52,579 bases of DNA from a bacterium (GCA_021815315.1 JAKAHB010000001.1:1-52579); one strand, 5' to 3'. Counted from the stretch's first letter, positions 35,221-45,372 are shown. The notes: a model not told the origin generated them from the letters alone. Translations and numbers: made by a program.

Positions 35221-36849
35221 TCAACCAAAAAACGGAGGAAAGAAAGACTTGTTTTGAGGCTGCCGCCCGCCTTTTCTCTTGAGAAAACAACACCCCCGGG
35301 CAATCAAAAGCAAGACACAAACCAAGGGGACAAAGTCGCCCGTCAAAGAGTACAGACTTTTGTTTTTTATCATGCGAGCTTCCGCTCGCAGGTAGGTTGT
35401 TTTCAGATCAGTGCTTTTTTGAACGATACTCCCGCGATTATCCAAAATAAAAGATGAGCCGAAATTGGTTGTCTGGATAAAATAGCGGTTATTCTCGGCG
35501 GCACGAATTTGAGCCATGGCCAAGGTTTGAGCTTCCAGGACGGGAGAACCCTTAAAAATACTATGGCTAGCCAAATTAAAAAGCACTGTCGCTCCCCTGG
35601 CGGTGGCTTGCTGGTAGATTGAAGGAGCCATAACGGCGGAACAAAGCTCGCCTCCCAAGTTAATGTTTTGCCAAGAAGCTATTTTTAGGGCGGGCCCCGA
35701 AAAGTATTGACGCGAAGAATCAAAATTGCCGATAAAATCTTTTTGTCCAAAAAGAACAGCCGTTAATTTTACCAAATAAGGCAAATATTCTCCTCCGGGC
35801 ATAAGAAAAATCTTTGGTGATTGCGCCAGTATTTTTTGCTGGGAGAGATCATAAAAACTAATAAGGTCTAAAGCATTTTTTTCGGTTTGAGTTCTTGAAG
35901 AGTCAACAAGCAGAACGTTCTTATCGGCAAAGTTTTTTTGCAGGACAATCTTTGCCGCGAGCGGATAGTTGCGCAAAAAACGGCTATCTTCGGGCATAAA
36001 AATTGCGGCTTGTTGAAAATTTTCTTGAGCAATCTTTTCCAGCAAGAGAGATTGCTGCACAAAGTTGGCCGTACTGGACTCGGGAGTCTCTCGGAGAGAA
36101 GAAGGAATTTTTGTTTGAAGGGCAAAAACCGTTTGGCCCCAGCCGTTATTTTGGGCAAACAAGTAAGGAGCGGTGTTTATGGCCAGAAGCGACAAAAAGA
36201 CCGCCAGAAAAAGATAAGTTTTGTTTTTTTTAAAATTTCTTTGTAGAAGAAAAAAAAGAGCGCAATTGATAAAAATTATAAAAAAATCAAGCAAATAAAT
36301 GCCGCCAATACTTGACAGAAAACGCCACTTGGGGAAGGCCGCTAAAGCGTAAGCGGGGCTGATAAACGTCCAATAGCCTCCAACTGCGGCTTCTTTCCCC
36401 GCCCACAGCAAAGCTGGTCCCCAACTTCTTAAATATTCGGTCACGGTGAAAAGCGGAACCAGCCAGAAAAAGGCAAGGTTGTTCTGAAAGAAAAACCTCT
36501 TGGCTCCATAAGTAAAAAGTCCCCAAAAAACAGCTAGACTGAAAACGGTTACCGCCCAGACGGCAAAAATTAAAAACCGGCCGAGCAAAAGGCCGTCAAT
36601 CCCGGCCCAGTCAAGCGGGACCGCGGTAAAGAACCAACGCAACCCCCAACCAAAATAAATTATTCCCGAGATTGTCCCCAGCCAGAAGCTGTTTTTGGGA
36701 GCGGGACTTTTTTTTAGGGCGCTGAAGAGAGGAAGAAAAGCGAATAAAATTAACCAGCCAAGAGAAGAAGGAGGGAAAGTAACGGCCAGAAGAAGGCCGG
36801 AAGCAATGGCCAAAAAATAATGTAAATTTTTTGAAAAAAGTTTTTTCAA
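35221..36849 (-). CDS. lnt: Apolipoprotein N-acyltransferase Lnt
   Basis: N-terminal TM bundle (ASGLLLAVTFPP, TEYLRS, GGIYLLDF); nitrilase-fold triad E (MPED), K (KIFLMPGGEYLP), C (ELCSAV); RAAENNRY. Confidence 0.88.
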   Translation of the reverse strand: MKKLFSKNLHYFLAIASGLLLAVTFPPSSLGWLILFAFLPLFSALKKSPAPKNSFWLGTISGIIYFGWGLRWFFTAVPLDWAGIDGLLLGRFLIFAVWAVTVFSLAVFWGLFTYGAKRFFFQNNLAFFWLVPLFTVTEYLRSWGPALLWAGKEAAVGGYWTFISPAYALAAFPKWRFLSSIGGIYLLDFFIIFINCALFFLLQRNFKKNKTYLFLAVFLSLLAINTAPYLFAQNNGWGQTVFALQTKIPSSLRETPESSTANFVQQSLLLEKIAQENFQQAAIFMPEDSRFLRNYPLAAKIVLQKNFADKNVLLVDSSRTQTEKNALDLISFYDLSQQKILAQSPKIFLMPGGEYLPYLVKLTAVLFGQKDFIGNFDSSRQYFSGPALKIASWQNINLGGELCSAVMAPSIYQQATARGATVLFNLASHSIFKGSPVLEAQTLAMAQIRAAENNRYFIQTTNFGSSFILDNRGSIVQKSTDLKTTYLRAEARMIKNKSLYSLTGDFVPLVCVLLLIARGCCFLKRKGGRQPQNKSFFPPFFG

Positions 36850-36894
36850 CTCCTAATTTTAAATTGTTGCAAGGGTAGCTATTTTCTCCTCCCG

Positions 36895-37665
36895 CTAATC
36901 CAGAAAATTTCTAACCAGACAAACCCACTGCTCCAGGTTCAATTCTTGCGCTCGATTTAATTTGTTCAACTCGCATTGAGCCAGCCAGGACTCTGTCTGT
37001 ATTTTATCAAGCTTTAAAATATTAACAAAATTGTTGAATAAAGTTTTACGCCGAGAAGCAAACCCGGCTTTTAAAATCTTAAAAAATAACGGTTCGTCGG
37101 CGAAAGCCGGTTGTTGGGGCGAGATTTTTATCACAGCAGAATCAACCTTGGGTTGGGGTTGAAATTTTTCTTTGGGCACGGACAACAAAATTTGCGGTTG
37201 GCCGTAAAACCGCACAGACATGCCCAACAGATTGCCTTGCGGCGGCAGGGCGATAATCCTTTGGGCCACTTCTTTCTGAACCATTAAAATAATTTGTCTG
37301 GGTTGGGGTTTGTTCTCTAGCAGTAATCTAATAAAACGACTGGTCAAATAGTACGGGATATTGGCAACAACGAAAAAAGACTCTAGGGCGGCGGTTAATT
37401 GGGGCAACGCCTTTAGAATGTCCCCTCTTTCCAGTTGCAACCGGGGGTTTCCTTTGAATTTTTCTTGCAAAAGAGTAAACAGCTGGGGGTCTTTTTCAAT
37501 TGCTATAATTTCGGCCCCACTGGCTAACAACTTTTCAGTCAAGACTCCTTTGCCCGGGCCAACTTCCAGCACTACATCTTGGTTGCTTAAATTAGCCGCG
37601 GCCACCATGCGGGTGGCAACGGTTTTATCTTTCAAAAAATTTTGACCAAGCAGTTTGTTGGGCAT
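36895..37665 (-). CDS. rsmA: 16S rRNA m6(2)A dimethyltransferase RsmA/KsgA
   Basis: LGQNFL, LEVGPGKG, VVANIPY, MVQKEVA, PQPKVDSAV, RRKTL. Confidence 0.96.
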   Translation of the reverse strand: MPNKLLGQNFLKDKTVATRMVAAANLSNQDVVLEVGPGKGVLTEKLLASGAEIIAIEKDPQLFTLLQEKFKGNPRLQLERGDILKALPQLTAALESFFVVANIPYYLTSRFIRLLLENKPQPRQIILMVQKEVAQRIIALPPQGNLLGMSVRFYGQPQILLSVPKEKFQPQPKVDSAVIKISPQQPAFADEPLFFKILKAGFASRRKTLFNNFVNILKLDKIQTESWLAQCELNKLNRAQELNLEQWVCLVRNFLD

Positions 37666-37683
37666 AGTCATTTAAAATTGTTG

Positions 37684-39630
37684 TCAGTCGTACTCAATCT
37701 CTTCCACCTCGTCTTCCCAATCTTCGCCAATCATCCAGGCGCTTTTTATTTTTTTACTCTGTTTTTTTTCAACCAGCTCTTGGGGAATTTCTTTAAGAAA
37801 GCGGGAAGGAGGATTTACCTGAATTACGCCATAGAGGTTTCGCTGTCTGGCGTGGAGCAAAAAAAGATGTTTTTTGGCTCGGGTAATGCCGACATAACAG
37901 AGGCGGCGCTCTTCTTCCAGCTGGCCGTTTTCTCCCAAGCTTCTTTGGTGAGGGAAAATGCCCTCTTCGCAGCCGATAATAAAAACCGCGGGAAATTCCA
38001 ACCCCTTGGCGCAATGAAGGGTCATCAGATTCACTTGGTCTTTTTGTGTCTCAATCCCGTCTTGGTCGGTTAATAAAGAAACCTCCTCCAAAAACAGTTC
38101 CAGCCCGCGAGGCGGAATTTCCTCGTCATATTTTTTGGTCACGGTTAAAAGTTCTTGAATATTTTCAAAACGATTGATTCCCTCTTCGGTGCCATCCAGC
38201 AAATAGTTTTTAAGGCCAGCCAGTTCCACTATTTTTTTAACTAAAAAACTTAATTTTTGTCGGGAGGCCGTGGCACGCAATTCATCAGTCAATTCTTTGA
38301 AGTTTTTTAAAGCCGGTAACGGCAAATCCAAATCCCAAGCCCTGGAAGCCAATTTTTCAATCGTTTTTTGGCCGATTCCGCGGGGCGGCGTGTTTATAAT
38401 TCTCTCCAGGCTGATTTGGTCATTGGAATTTTGAAGAAATTTCAAATAGGCCAGCAGATCTTTGATTTCTTTTCGCTCATAGAACTTAAAACCGCCAATG
38501 ATTTTGTAGGGAAGGCCGACGCGCAGGAAAGACTCTTCAATGCTTCTTGATTGGGCGTTGGTGCGATAAAGCACCACAAAATCTTTCAGTTTTAATTTTT
38601 CTTTTTCTCGCAAGAAGCTTATCATCTGGACAACGAAATCGCCCTCTTCCCGCTCGCTGGCCGCCTCAAAAATTGTCAGGAGCTCATTTTCTTTGTTGTC
38701 TGTCCAAAGTTTCTTATCTTTTTTTTGCCGCGCGCCTTGGATAATGTGATAAGCGGCATCTAGGATGGTTTGAGTGGAACGATAGTTTTGTTCCAGCAAG
38801 ATTATTTTGGCTTCGGGATAATCATTCTCAAAGTTTAGAATATTGCGAAAATCGGCGCCGCGCCAACTATAGACAGATTGCGCTTCATCGCCGATCACAA
38901 ACAGGTTTTTGTACTTGCGAGCCAGCAGATTGATCAAGGTGTATTGGGCGTGGTTGGTATCTTGGTATTCATCCACCAAGAGATAGCGGTAGCGATTTTG
39001 ATACTTGGCCAAAATTGCTGGATAATCCTGTAGGATTTTAACCATGAGCAAAATAAGATCGTCAAAATCAAGAGCGTTTGTTTCTTTGAGCCGTTTTTGA
39101 TAGAGGGTATAGATTTTGCTGATTGTCTCCGGAAAATAGTCAAGGGCCGAAAGCCGGTATAGCTCTTCGTCAACCAGCTCGTTTTTTGCTCGAGAAATTA
39201 TTTCTTTGACCAAATTAAGTTTGAACTGTTCTTCTGCAATTTGTAATTCTTTCATCACTTTCTTTAACAAACCACGAGAATCGTCGGCGTCGTAGATGGT
39301 AAAATTTCCCGCGTAACCGAGAACTTTAATTTCACCGCGCAGCCAGCGCGCGCAAATAGAATGGAAAGTTCCGATCAGGGGCAATTCCGAAGTTTCCGCG
39401 CTAATCAGCTGGCGGATTCTTATGCGCATTTCTTCGGCGGCTTTATTGGTGAAAGTCACCGCCATAATGTCCCGCGGACCGACTCCCTTCTCCAACAGGC
39501 GGGCAACTCGATGGGTCAACACTTTGGTTTTACCCGAGCCAGGGCCGGCCAAAATCAAAACAGGGCCATTCAGGGTGGTAACGGCCTCTTTTTGCTTTGA
39601 GTTTAGTCCTTCAAGAAGCTTTTCAGACAT
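37684..39630 (-). CDS. pcrA: PcrA/UvrD superfamily 1 DNA helicase
   Basis: LAGPGSGKT, TFTNKAA, LVDEYQDTN, LEQNYRST, MTLHCAKGLEF, EERRLCYVGITRA; likely start ATG 39630 (MSEKLLEGLN). Confidence 0.96.
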   Translation of the reverse strand: MSEKLLEGLNSKQKEAVTTLNGPVLILAGPGSGKTKVLTHRVARLLEKGVGPRDIMAVTFTNKAAEEMRIRIRQLISAETSELPLIGTFHSICARWLRGEIKVLGYAGNFTIYDADDSRGLLKKVMKELQIAEEQFKLNLVKEIISRAKNELVDEELYRLSALDYFPETISKIYTLYQKRLKETNALDFDDLILLMVKILQDYPAILAKYQNRYRYLLVDEYQDTNHAQYTLINLLARKYKNLFVIGDEAQSVYSWRGADFRNILNFENDYPEAKIILLEQNYRSTQTILDAAYHIIQGARQKKDKKLWTDNKENELLTIFEAASEREEGDFVVQMISFLREKEKLKLKDFVVLYRTNAQSRSIEESFLRVGLPYKIIGGFKFYERKEIKDLLAYLKFLQNSNDQISLERIINTPPRGIGQKTIEKLASRAWDLDLPLPALKNFKELTDELRATASRQKLSFLVKKIVELAGLKNYLLDGTEEGINRFENIQELLTVTKKYDEEIPPRGLELFLEEVSLLTDQDGIETQKDQVNLMTLHCAKGLEFPAVFIIGCEEGIFPHQRSLGENGQLEEERRLCYVGITRAKKHLFLLHARQRNLYGVIQVNPPSRFLKEIPQELVEKKQSKKIKSAWMIGEDWEDEVEEIEYD

Positions 39631-39754
39631 AGAAGCTATCCTCCAGTATAGGCTTAAAGCGGCTATTAGCCAAGGGTTGATTTCAAGCGATGAAAACGGG
39701 GAAAAGCACCCCGCTGGAAGCCGTTTTTCGGATAGACATTTGTTCACTAGAGGC

Positions 39755-39783
39755 TTGACATTAGCCGCCACCAAAGGTAGAAT
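39755..39783 (+). promoter_or_regulatory. Sigma70-type promoter of the LysM/M23 gene
   Basis: TTGACA (39755-39760), 17 nt spacer, TAGAAT (39778-39783). Confidence 0.75.
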
Positions 39784-39811
39784 AAACGAGTAAGATCACT
39801 CATCAATATTT

Positions 39812-40996
39812 GTGAGTACAACCTCAAAAAATTTCTGGCGCAAGGCCAAAAAATTTGCCGGAAGTTTAATATATAAAGTCGCCGATACCCTGCGCGGATT
39901 CCTAAATAACAGGAAGTGGATTTTGGGAATAGTAGCAGCGGTTTTGTTTTTTCTCTGCTTTTCGGACTGGTCCGGCGGTCTTTTCGGGCAACGGGACGTT
40001 GTTTCTCCTTTGGCGTTTCTTGAGGGGGTGATAAATCCAAAGGGCGGAGAAAGTGTCCAGGGTTCAATCGCGACTAACAAAAATGCGATTCTGGCCACAA
40101 CCGGGCCGGTGCTCTCCCAGGGAGGTCCTCTTTCCAGCGGGCAATTAGTTGATCCCTCAGCCGGTGAAGGTGAAAATCAACCTCTCTGTCTGGTCCAAGA
40201 CAACAGTTTTTTGGCGGTTACCGCTCCCGACCCCAACTGTTTCCCCAGCGGGGATAATCGTGAAGTTAAAACCTATACGGTTAAATCCGGAGATACCTTG
40301 GAAGGAATTGCGATTTCCCACAACATAAACTCGGACACTTTGGTTTGGGCTAACGGATTAAGTAGTGATTCGGTTATAAAACCCGGGCAAGTTTTAACCG
40401 TTCTGCCAATTAATGGCGTGCGCGTCAAGATAAATTCCGGTGATAACATTGAAGCGGTGGCTAAAAAATATTCGGCGGATGTGAAGGAAATCATCACCTA
40501 CAACTCTTTGCCGGCTGACGGTACCCTGCCGGCTGGTAGCTATATAATTTTGCCCGGAGGTGAAATAGCTGCTCCCCCTGTCCCTGTTGCTCCGCCAAAG
40601 AAAAACGTTTACACGGCTCCTAAATTTGCCCAAAACCAAACTTCTGCCGGTTGGTTGATAATGCCGGCTTCGGGAATAAACTGGGGAAGACTGCATGGAA
40701 ATGGCGGCGTGGATATCGCCAGCCAGTGCGGAACTCCAATTTACGCGGCGGCGGCGGGAGAAATTTCTTTGGCCGATGGCGTCGGTTGGAATGGCGGCTA
40801 CGGAAAATATATAAGAATCAAACACGGGAGCGGCTTGGAAACCCTGTATGGCCATTTATCAGTTATTTCTGTTGAGGTCGGGCAAGGCGTTGCCCAGGGA
40901 CAACTAATCGGCTACATGGGGACAACCGGCAGATCAACTGGCTGTCATGTCCACTTTGAAGTTCACGGGGCCAGAAACCCCTTTGTTTGGCAGTAA
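39812..40996 (+). CDS. LysM-LysM-M23 peptidoglycan endopeptidase
   Basis: TM; YTVKSGDTLEGIA...NGL (LysM) and a second LysM; LHGNGGVDIA, GGYGKYIRIKH, GRSTGCHVHFEV. Confidence 0.93.
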   Translation: MSTTSKNFWRKAKKFAGSLIYKVADTLRGFLNNRKWILGIVAAVLFFLCFSDWSGGLFGQRDVVSPLAFLEGVINPKGGESVQGSIATNKNAILATTGPVLSQGGPLSSGQLVDPSAGEGENQPLCLVQDNSFLAVTAPDPNCFPSGDNREVKTYTVKSGDTLEGIAISHNINSDTLVWANGLSSDSVIKPGQVLTVLPINGVRVKINSGDNIEAVAKKYSADVKEIITYNSLPADGTLPAGSYIILPGGEIAAPPVPVAPPKKNVYTAPKFAQNQTSAGWLIMPASGINWGRLHGNGGVDIASQCGTPIYAAAAGEISLADGVGWNGGYGKYIRIKHGSGLETLYGHLSVISVEVGQGVAQGQLIGYMGTTGRSTGCHVHFEVHGARNPFVWQ

Positions 40997-41000
40997 AAAC

Positions 41001-41036
41001 AATGAAAATAACCCCCAACCGGGGGTTATTTTCATT
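41001..41036. terminator. Bidirectional intrinsic terminator
   Basis: 16-bp perfect stem aatgaaaataaccccc-aacc-gggggttattttcatt between convergent genes. Confidence 0.88.
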
Positions 41037-41064
41037 AGGTAAGCTTTCTAGCGCCAAGACAAAA

Positions 41065-42609
41065 CTAGGCAGACTCTTCTTTGGGCCGATACTGCAGGGC
41101 TTCGGCGATATGGGCGGCTTGGATTATCTCCGCCTGGCCCAGATCGGCAATCGTGCGGCCAATTTTTAAAACGCGGTGATACGAGCGAGCCGACAAATGC
41201 AAACTGTCAACGGCAGTCTTTAGTAACTCGTGAGCTCTACTCTCCAGCTGGCAATACTGCTTCATTTGCAAGATATTCATTTGGCTGTTGGTTTGAATTT
41301 GGTTGTTAGCGAATCGTTGTCGCTGGCGTCCTCGAGCCGCTAACACTCTTTGCAAAACCGTTTTGCTATTCTCCGCTATTTTTTCGGCCGCCAGTTTGTC
41401 GTATTTAATCAGGGGCACTTCCAAGTGCAAGTCAATTCGGTCAAGTAGTGGCCCCGAAATCTTCCGCTGGTATTTAGTCACTTGTCCGGGGGTGCAAACA
41501 CAATCTTTGTGCGGGTTGGTTAAGTGCCCGCAAGGACAGGGATTCATGGCGGCCACCAACATAAAATCGGCTGGGAACTCAATCGTTCCGGCGGCTCGAG
41601 AAACTGTGATAACCCCGTCTTCCAGCGGTTGTCGCAAGGCCTCTAAAACATCGCGGTGGAATTCCGGAAGTTCATCCAGAAACAAAACTCCTCGGTGAGA
41701 TAAAGTAATTTCTCCGGGTTTGGGATGATTGCCTCCGCCAACCAGCGCCACGGCCGAAGCGGTGTGATGCGGATGGCGGAAGGGACGCTTTATAACAAGA
41801 GGCCTTTCCGGTTTTAGCTGTCCGGAAATACTAAAAATTTTAGAGACTTCCAGAGACTCGTTAAAAGTCAGCGGCGGTAAGATGTTGGCTAGAGCTTTGG
41901 CCAACAAGGTTTTTCCCGAACCGGGTGGGCCGCTCATCAAAACGTTGTGACCTCCACTGGCGGCGATTTCAAGGGCTCTTTTGGCTTGTTCTTGGCCGCG
42001 GATATAAGCCAAATCATAAACTTCGCTGCCTTGTTGGTTGTCGGTAAGGGCATTAAAGTTAATTGGTTCTTGCGCGGTTAAAAGACTGGCGCCCTTGAGA
42101 TGTCCAATCGCTTCTCCTAGGGTCCGCAAGCCAAAGACTTGCAGGTTGCCCGCGATCGCGGCTTCCGGGGCGTTGGCTTGCGGGAGATAGAGTTCGTCAA
42201 AACCAAGCTGTTTGGCCATCAAGGCTATAGGCAGGGCGCCATTAACCGGGCGCAAGTTTCCCTCCAATGAAAGTTCGCCAATAAAAAGTTTTTTTTCCAA
42301 AAATTCAAAAGGAAGCTGCTTGGAAGCCGTCAAGAAAGCCAGAGCGATAGGCAGGTCAAAAATCGGCCCCTCTTTTTTGATGTCGGCTGGAGCTAAATTA
42401 ACTACAATCCGTCGGTGCGTGTGGTGCGGCGGTGAATAACCGGAATTGCGAACCGCGGAGTTAACCCTCTCTTTGGATTCGTTCACCGCGGCGTCCGGCA
42501 AACCAACAATCTGGAAAGAATGCAACTGGCCGGGGATAGTGTCTACTTCCACCTCAATAGGTTGAGCCTCCAAGCCGATAATGGCGGCCGAGAATGTCTT
42601 TGAGGGCAT
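41065..42609 (-). CDS. comM: YifB/ComM Mg-chelatase-like AAA+ ATPase (competence helicase)
   Basis: IVGLPDAAVNESKERV, VNLAPADIKKEG, GPPGSGKT, LFLDELPEF, AAMNPCPCG, SGPLLDRID. Confidence 0.95.
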   Translation of the reverse strand: MPSKTFSAAIIGLEAQPIEVEVDTIPGQLHSFQIVGLPDAAVNESKERVNSAVRNSGYSPPHHTHRRIVVNLAPADIKKEGPIFDLPIALAFLTASKQLPFEFLEKKLFIGELSLEGNLRPVNGALPIALMAKQLGFDELYLPQANAPEAAIAGNLQVFGLRTLGEAIGHLKGASLLTAQEPINFNALTDNQQGSEVYDLAYIRGQEQAKRALEIAASGGHNVLMSGPPGSGKTLLAKALANILPPLTFNESLEVSKIFSISGQLKPERPLVIKRPFRHPHHTASAVALVGGGNHPKPGEITLSHRGVLFLDELPEFHRDVLEALRQPLEDGVITVSRAAGTIEFPADFMLVAAMNPCPCGHLTNPHKDCVCTPGQVTKYQRKISGPLLDRIDLHLEVPLIKYDKLAAEKIAENSKTVLQRVLAARGRQRQRFANNQIQTNSQMNILQMKQYCQLESRAHELLKTAVDSLHLSARSYHRVLKIGRTIADLGQAEIIQAAHIAEALQYRPKEESA

Positions 42610-42667
42610 GAAAAATTTTTAATTTTATAATTTTTTTAAATAATACTCTAAATGCCAAATTTTAAAA

Positions 42668-43012
42668 CTACGCGCTGCACGTCTTTGATATTTTAGCGAA
42701 AATAAGAGTTAGCTCGTGGGCTTCTCTCCACAGTTTCTTGCAAACGTCTTTTTCTTCTTCTCTTGCTTTGGCAATCATTCTTAACCAATGCTTTGTTTCG
42801 TTTACTTCTTTCTGGCAGATACGTATTTTGTTTTTAAAATCCTTTTTCGAGCTTGCCTGGTTTGCCTCCATATAATTGGCTCCAACGCTTGTCCCAGACC
42901 TTATTATCTGACCGATTAGGGGTCTAACAATTTCATTTTTGGGTAAGGATTTTGCAAAATTTATAATTTATTCACCAAATCTAGCAGTTCTCTCTTCTAG
43001 ATCGTAGTTCGT
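42668..43012 (-). pseudogene. Four-helix-bundle protein (23S rRNA IVP-like family) pseudogene
   Basis: In-frame upstream sequence reads (ACG)NYDLEERTARFGE*IINFAKSLPKNEIVRPLIGQIIRSGTSVGANYMEANQASSKKDFKNKI...; internal TAA at 42968-42970 and no in-frame ATG before it (ACG at 43010-43012). Confidence 0.85.
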
Positions 43013-43014
43013 GT

Positions 43015-43054
43015 TTTTAAAATTACAAATTTAGATTTATTTTAAAATTACAAA
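43015..43054. repeat. AT-rich direct repeat flanking the four-helix-bundle pseudogene
   Basis: ttttaaaattacaaa at 43015-43029 and 43040-43054. Confidence 0.6.
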
Positions 43055-43117
43055 AATTAAAAATTTATTTTACAAGTGCTTATTGTCGATGTTTTTAATT
43101 TCATTCCGGTTTCTTGT

Positions 43118-44701
43118 TCAGGCTTCCAGCGGCAACGCAACCACAAACTCACTCCCCCTTCCTTCCCCGTCTGAATAGGCGGTAATCTTGCCCTGGTGTT
43201 CTTCAAGAATAATGCGAGCGACATAAAGACCCAGCCCCGTACCATCTGTCCAGACGCGCGGCGAACGCTCACCGCGAGAGAATTTTTGAAAGAGTCGGGA
43301 AAGTCCATCCAGAGAAATCCCTATGCCGGTGTCAGCCACTTTTAAAATGGCCGATTGGCTTTCTTCTATTAGGCTTACGGTTATGCTTCCCTTCTCGGTG
43401 TATTTAATGGCGTTATCAATTAAATTCATTACTACTTGTCGCAATTTGTTTTCGTCGGCTCTTACCAAGAGATCTCGCGGGGTGATTTCAAGATTAAGCG
43501 CCAGTTCTTTTTTCTTGGCCTGTTGTTCCAGTTCTTCGGCGACGCTTTTAACCATAGTGGTAAGGTTGACTCGATCCTGCCATTCATATTTCATGCGCCC
43601 TTGTTCAATCCGAGAAATGGTTAAGAGGTCGTCAACCAAAGCCATTAGTCGAGTGGAGCTTTGCATGATTTTATCCACCTTGTCTTTGATTTCCGGAGAA
43701 GTCGGGCCATAGTCGCCTTCAAGAATCATGGAAGAAAATCCGCGAATAGCGGTTAAGGGAGTGCGCAGTTGATGGGAGGCGATGGAGATAAATTCCGACT
43801 TGGCCTGGTCAAGCCTTTGTAATTTCTCGTTGACCGCTCGCAATTCCAAAGTCAGTTTCTCCAGGCGCTCTTTGGACTCTACCTCTTTGATAACGCTACG
43901 AACCAGTAAGAAGCTGAAAATGGCGATAAGGATGAAAATGAAAGAACTAAGCGCCCACTGGCTCGGAGTTTTTGAAACGAAAATATTAAACAAAAAAACG
44001 AGAGAAATCGCTCCGGCAAAGAATTCGGTGGTTATAACCTTGGTGTTAAAGAGATTATGTTTTAGAACCGGATAGCTCATAAAAAAGATATAGAGGATGA
44101 CAAAATAGTTGCCGAAGGGGTAAGAATTGAATAATTGCGGAAAAAAGTTAGTTGCTCCGGCGCTAAAACCAAAGACCAAAGAAAGAAGAACATATTTTAT
44201 TTGTTGCTTGGCTACTCCCGTTTCTTCCCGGTAACGCTTAAATAGAAGGGTGGCCGAGTAGCCAAGATAAAAAACAAAAATTAGCGGAAAAAGATAATAA
44301 AGCGGACCGGGATCAACCCAATGAAACCCGAACTTGAAAGTCATGCCCTGCTTAAAAAGGCGAGTAAAACTTAGGGCAAATAGCAATATTCCGGCAAAGA
44401 AAGCCGACAGCCTGGCCAACCCCTTTTCTTTTTCTAGGTTTAAAAAATTAAGAGTAAAATTAAAATATAAAACAGGGATGAAAACGCCGGCCGCATCCAA
44501 AAAATATTGCCACAACAAAGCATTTTTTTCGCTCAAACTGTTAGTAACGCCCCAAAGGCCCAGCCCCCAAAGGGCGATAACGACAGACACCAAAAACCAA
44601 GAATGATTGAGTTTTGATTTTCTGTTGTCGGCATAGATTATCAAACCCAGACCCAAGCTGGCGAAGAAGATAATTATGCTGGAAACAGAAAAGAGGTTCA
44701 T
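43118..44701 (-). CDS. Sensor histidine kinase with N-terminal multi-TM (HisKA_7TM-like) sensor domain
   Basis: About 9 TMs; H-box SIASHQLRTPLTAIRG, N-box NLIDNAIKYT, DTGIG, GTGLGL; ATG 44701 overlaps the HAD stop (ATGA). Confidence 0.92.
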   Translation of the reverse strand: MNLFSVSSIIIFFASLGLGLIIYADNRKSKLNHSWFLVSVVIALWGLGLWGVTNSLSEKNALLWQYFLDAAGVFIPVLYFNFTLNFLNLEKEKGLARLSAFFAGILLFALSFTRLFKQGMTFKFGFHWVDPGPLYYLFPLIFVFYLGYSATLLFKRYREETGVAKQQIKYVLLSLVFGFSAGATNFFPQLFNSYPFGNYFVILYIFFMSYPVLKHNLFNTKVITTEFFAGAISLVFLFNIFVSKTPSQWALSSFIFILIAIFSFLLVRSVIKEVESKERLEKLTLELRAVNEKLQRLDQAKSEFISIASHQLRTPLTAIRGFSSMILEGDYGPTSPEIKDKVDKIMQSSTRLMALVDDLLTISRIEQGRMKYEWQDRVNLTTMVKSVAEELEQQAKKKELALNLEITPRDLLVRADENKLRQVVMNLIDNAIKYTEKGSITVSLIEESQSAILKVADTGIGISLDGLSRLFQKFSRGERSPRVWTDGTGLGLYVARIILEEHQGKITAYSDGEGRGSEFVVALPLEA

Positions 44702-45360
44702 AAAAGGTCTTTGAAATGAAGGACGGGCCAACTTCTTTTTTGAGCTTCCCGCAAAAGTTTTTTACCGGGGTTTACGACAAAAGGGTGCGCTACACTTTGC
44801 AACATGTCCAGATCGGAGAAATGGTCGGCATAGGCCCAAGCCGACTTAAGGGAAAACCCTTTTTCATTCGCGAATTCATGAAGGGAGCTAGTTTTGTTCT
44901 TGCCATAAACAATTTTGCTAATCTTTCCGGTAAACTTACCGTTCGCAACTTCCAGGTGAGGAGTTTTATACTCGGTAATCTCAAGGAATCTAGCAATTTC
45001 TTTTACCAAGACATCCGGCACGCTGGAAACAATCAGCAATTTTCGTCCTTTGGCTCGGTGTTCGTTTATCAGGGCGACCAAGTCTGAAAAAATAATTTTT
45101 TTTAGAACCGTCTCAAAAAAATCAGCCGCCAATTTTTGGACTTCTTCGCTCCCCCTGCCTTTTAAGAACCCATAGGCAAACTCCATCATTGCTTCCGGGT
45201 TTTTAGCCAGATTAAGTTTGTAGAGGACAAACCAAAGAGACAGTTTGAGATAGAATCCCAGAGTGATAAATTTTTTTTGCAGAAGATACTTCAAAAAGAG
45301 CTGCTGGCTGTAGCCGTTAATAAGAGTGTTGTCCAGGTCTATAACCACAAGTTCATTCAT
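44698..45360 (-). CDS. HAD-superfamily IB phosphatase (SerB/CicA-like)
   Basis: VIDLDNTL (DxD), IVSS, GKNK, AYADHFSDLDML, PFVVNP. Confidence 0.9.
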   Translation of the reverse strand: MNELVVIDLDNTLINGYSQQLFLKYLLQKKFITLGFYLKLSLWFVLYKLNLAKNPEAMMEFAYGFLKGRGSEEVQKLAADFFETVLKKIIFSDLVALINEHRAKGRKLLIVSSVPDVLVKEIARFLEITEYKTPHLEVANGKFTGKISKIVYGKNKTSSLHEFANEKGFSLKSAWAYADHFSDLDMLQSVAHPFVVNPGKKLLREAQKRSWPVLHFKDLL

Positions 45361-45372
45361 TTTATTTGTTAT

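Noticed and set aside
39631-39774. N-terminal extensions of pcrA (and likewise valS, aspS, the histidine kinase and the 7TM gene) given by the ORF track
   Set aside because: The extensions overlap promoters, palindromes or upstream genes, and family homology begins at the downstream ATG.
42968-42970. Stop-codon reassignment explaining the internal stop
   Set aside because: The stop is TAA, which ends many genes here; TGA and TAG are also used as normal stops, so code 11 applies and this is a lesion.
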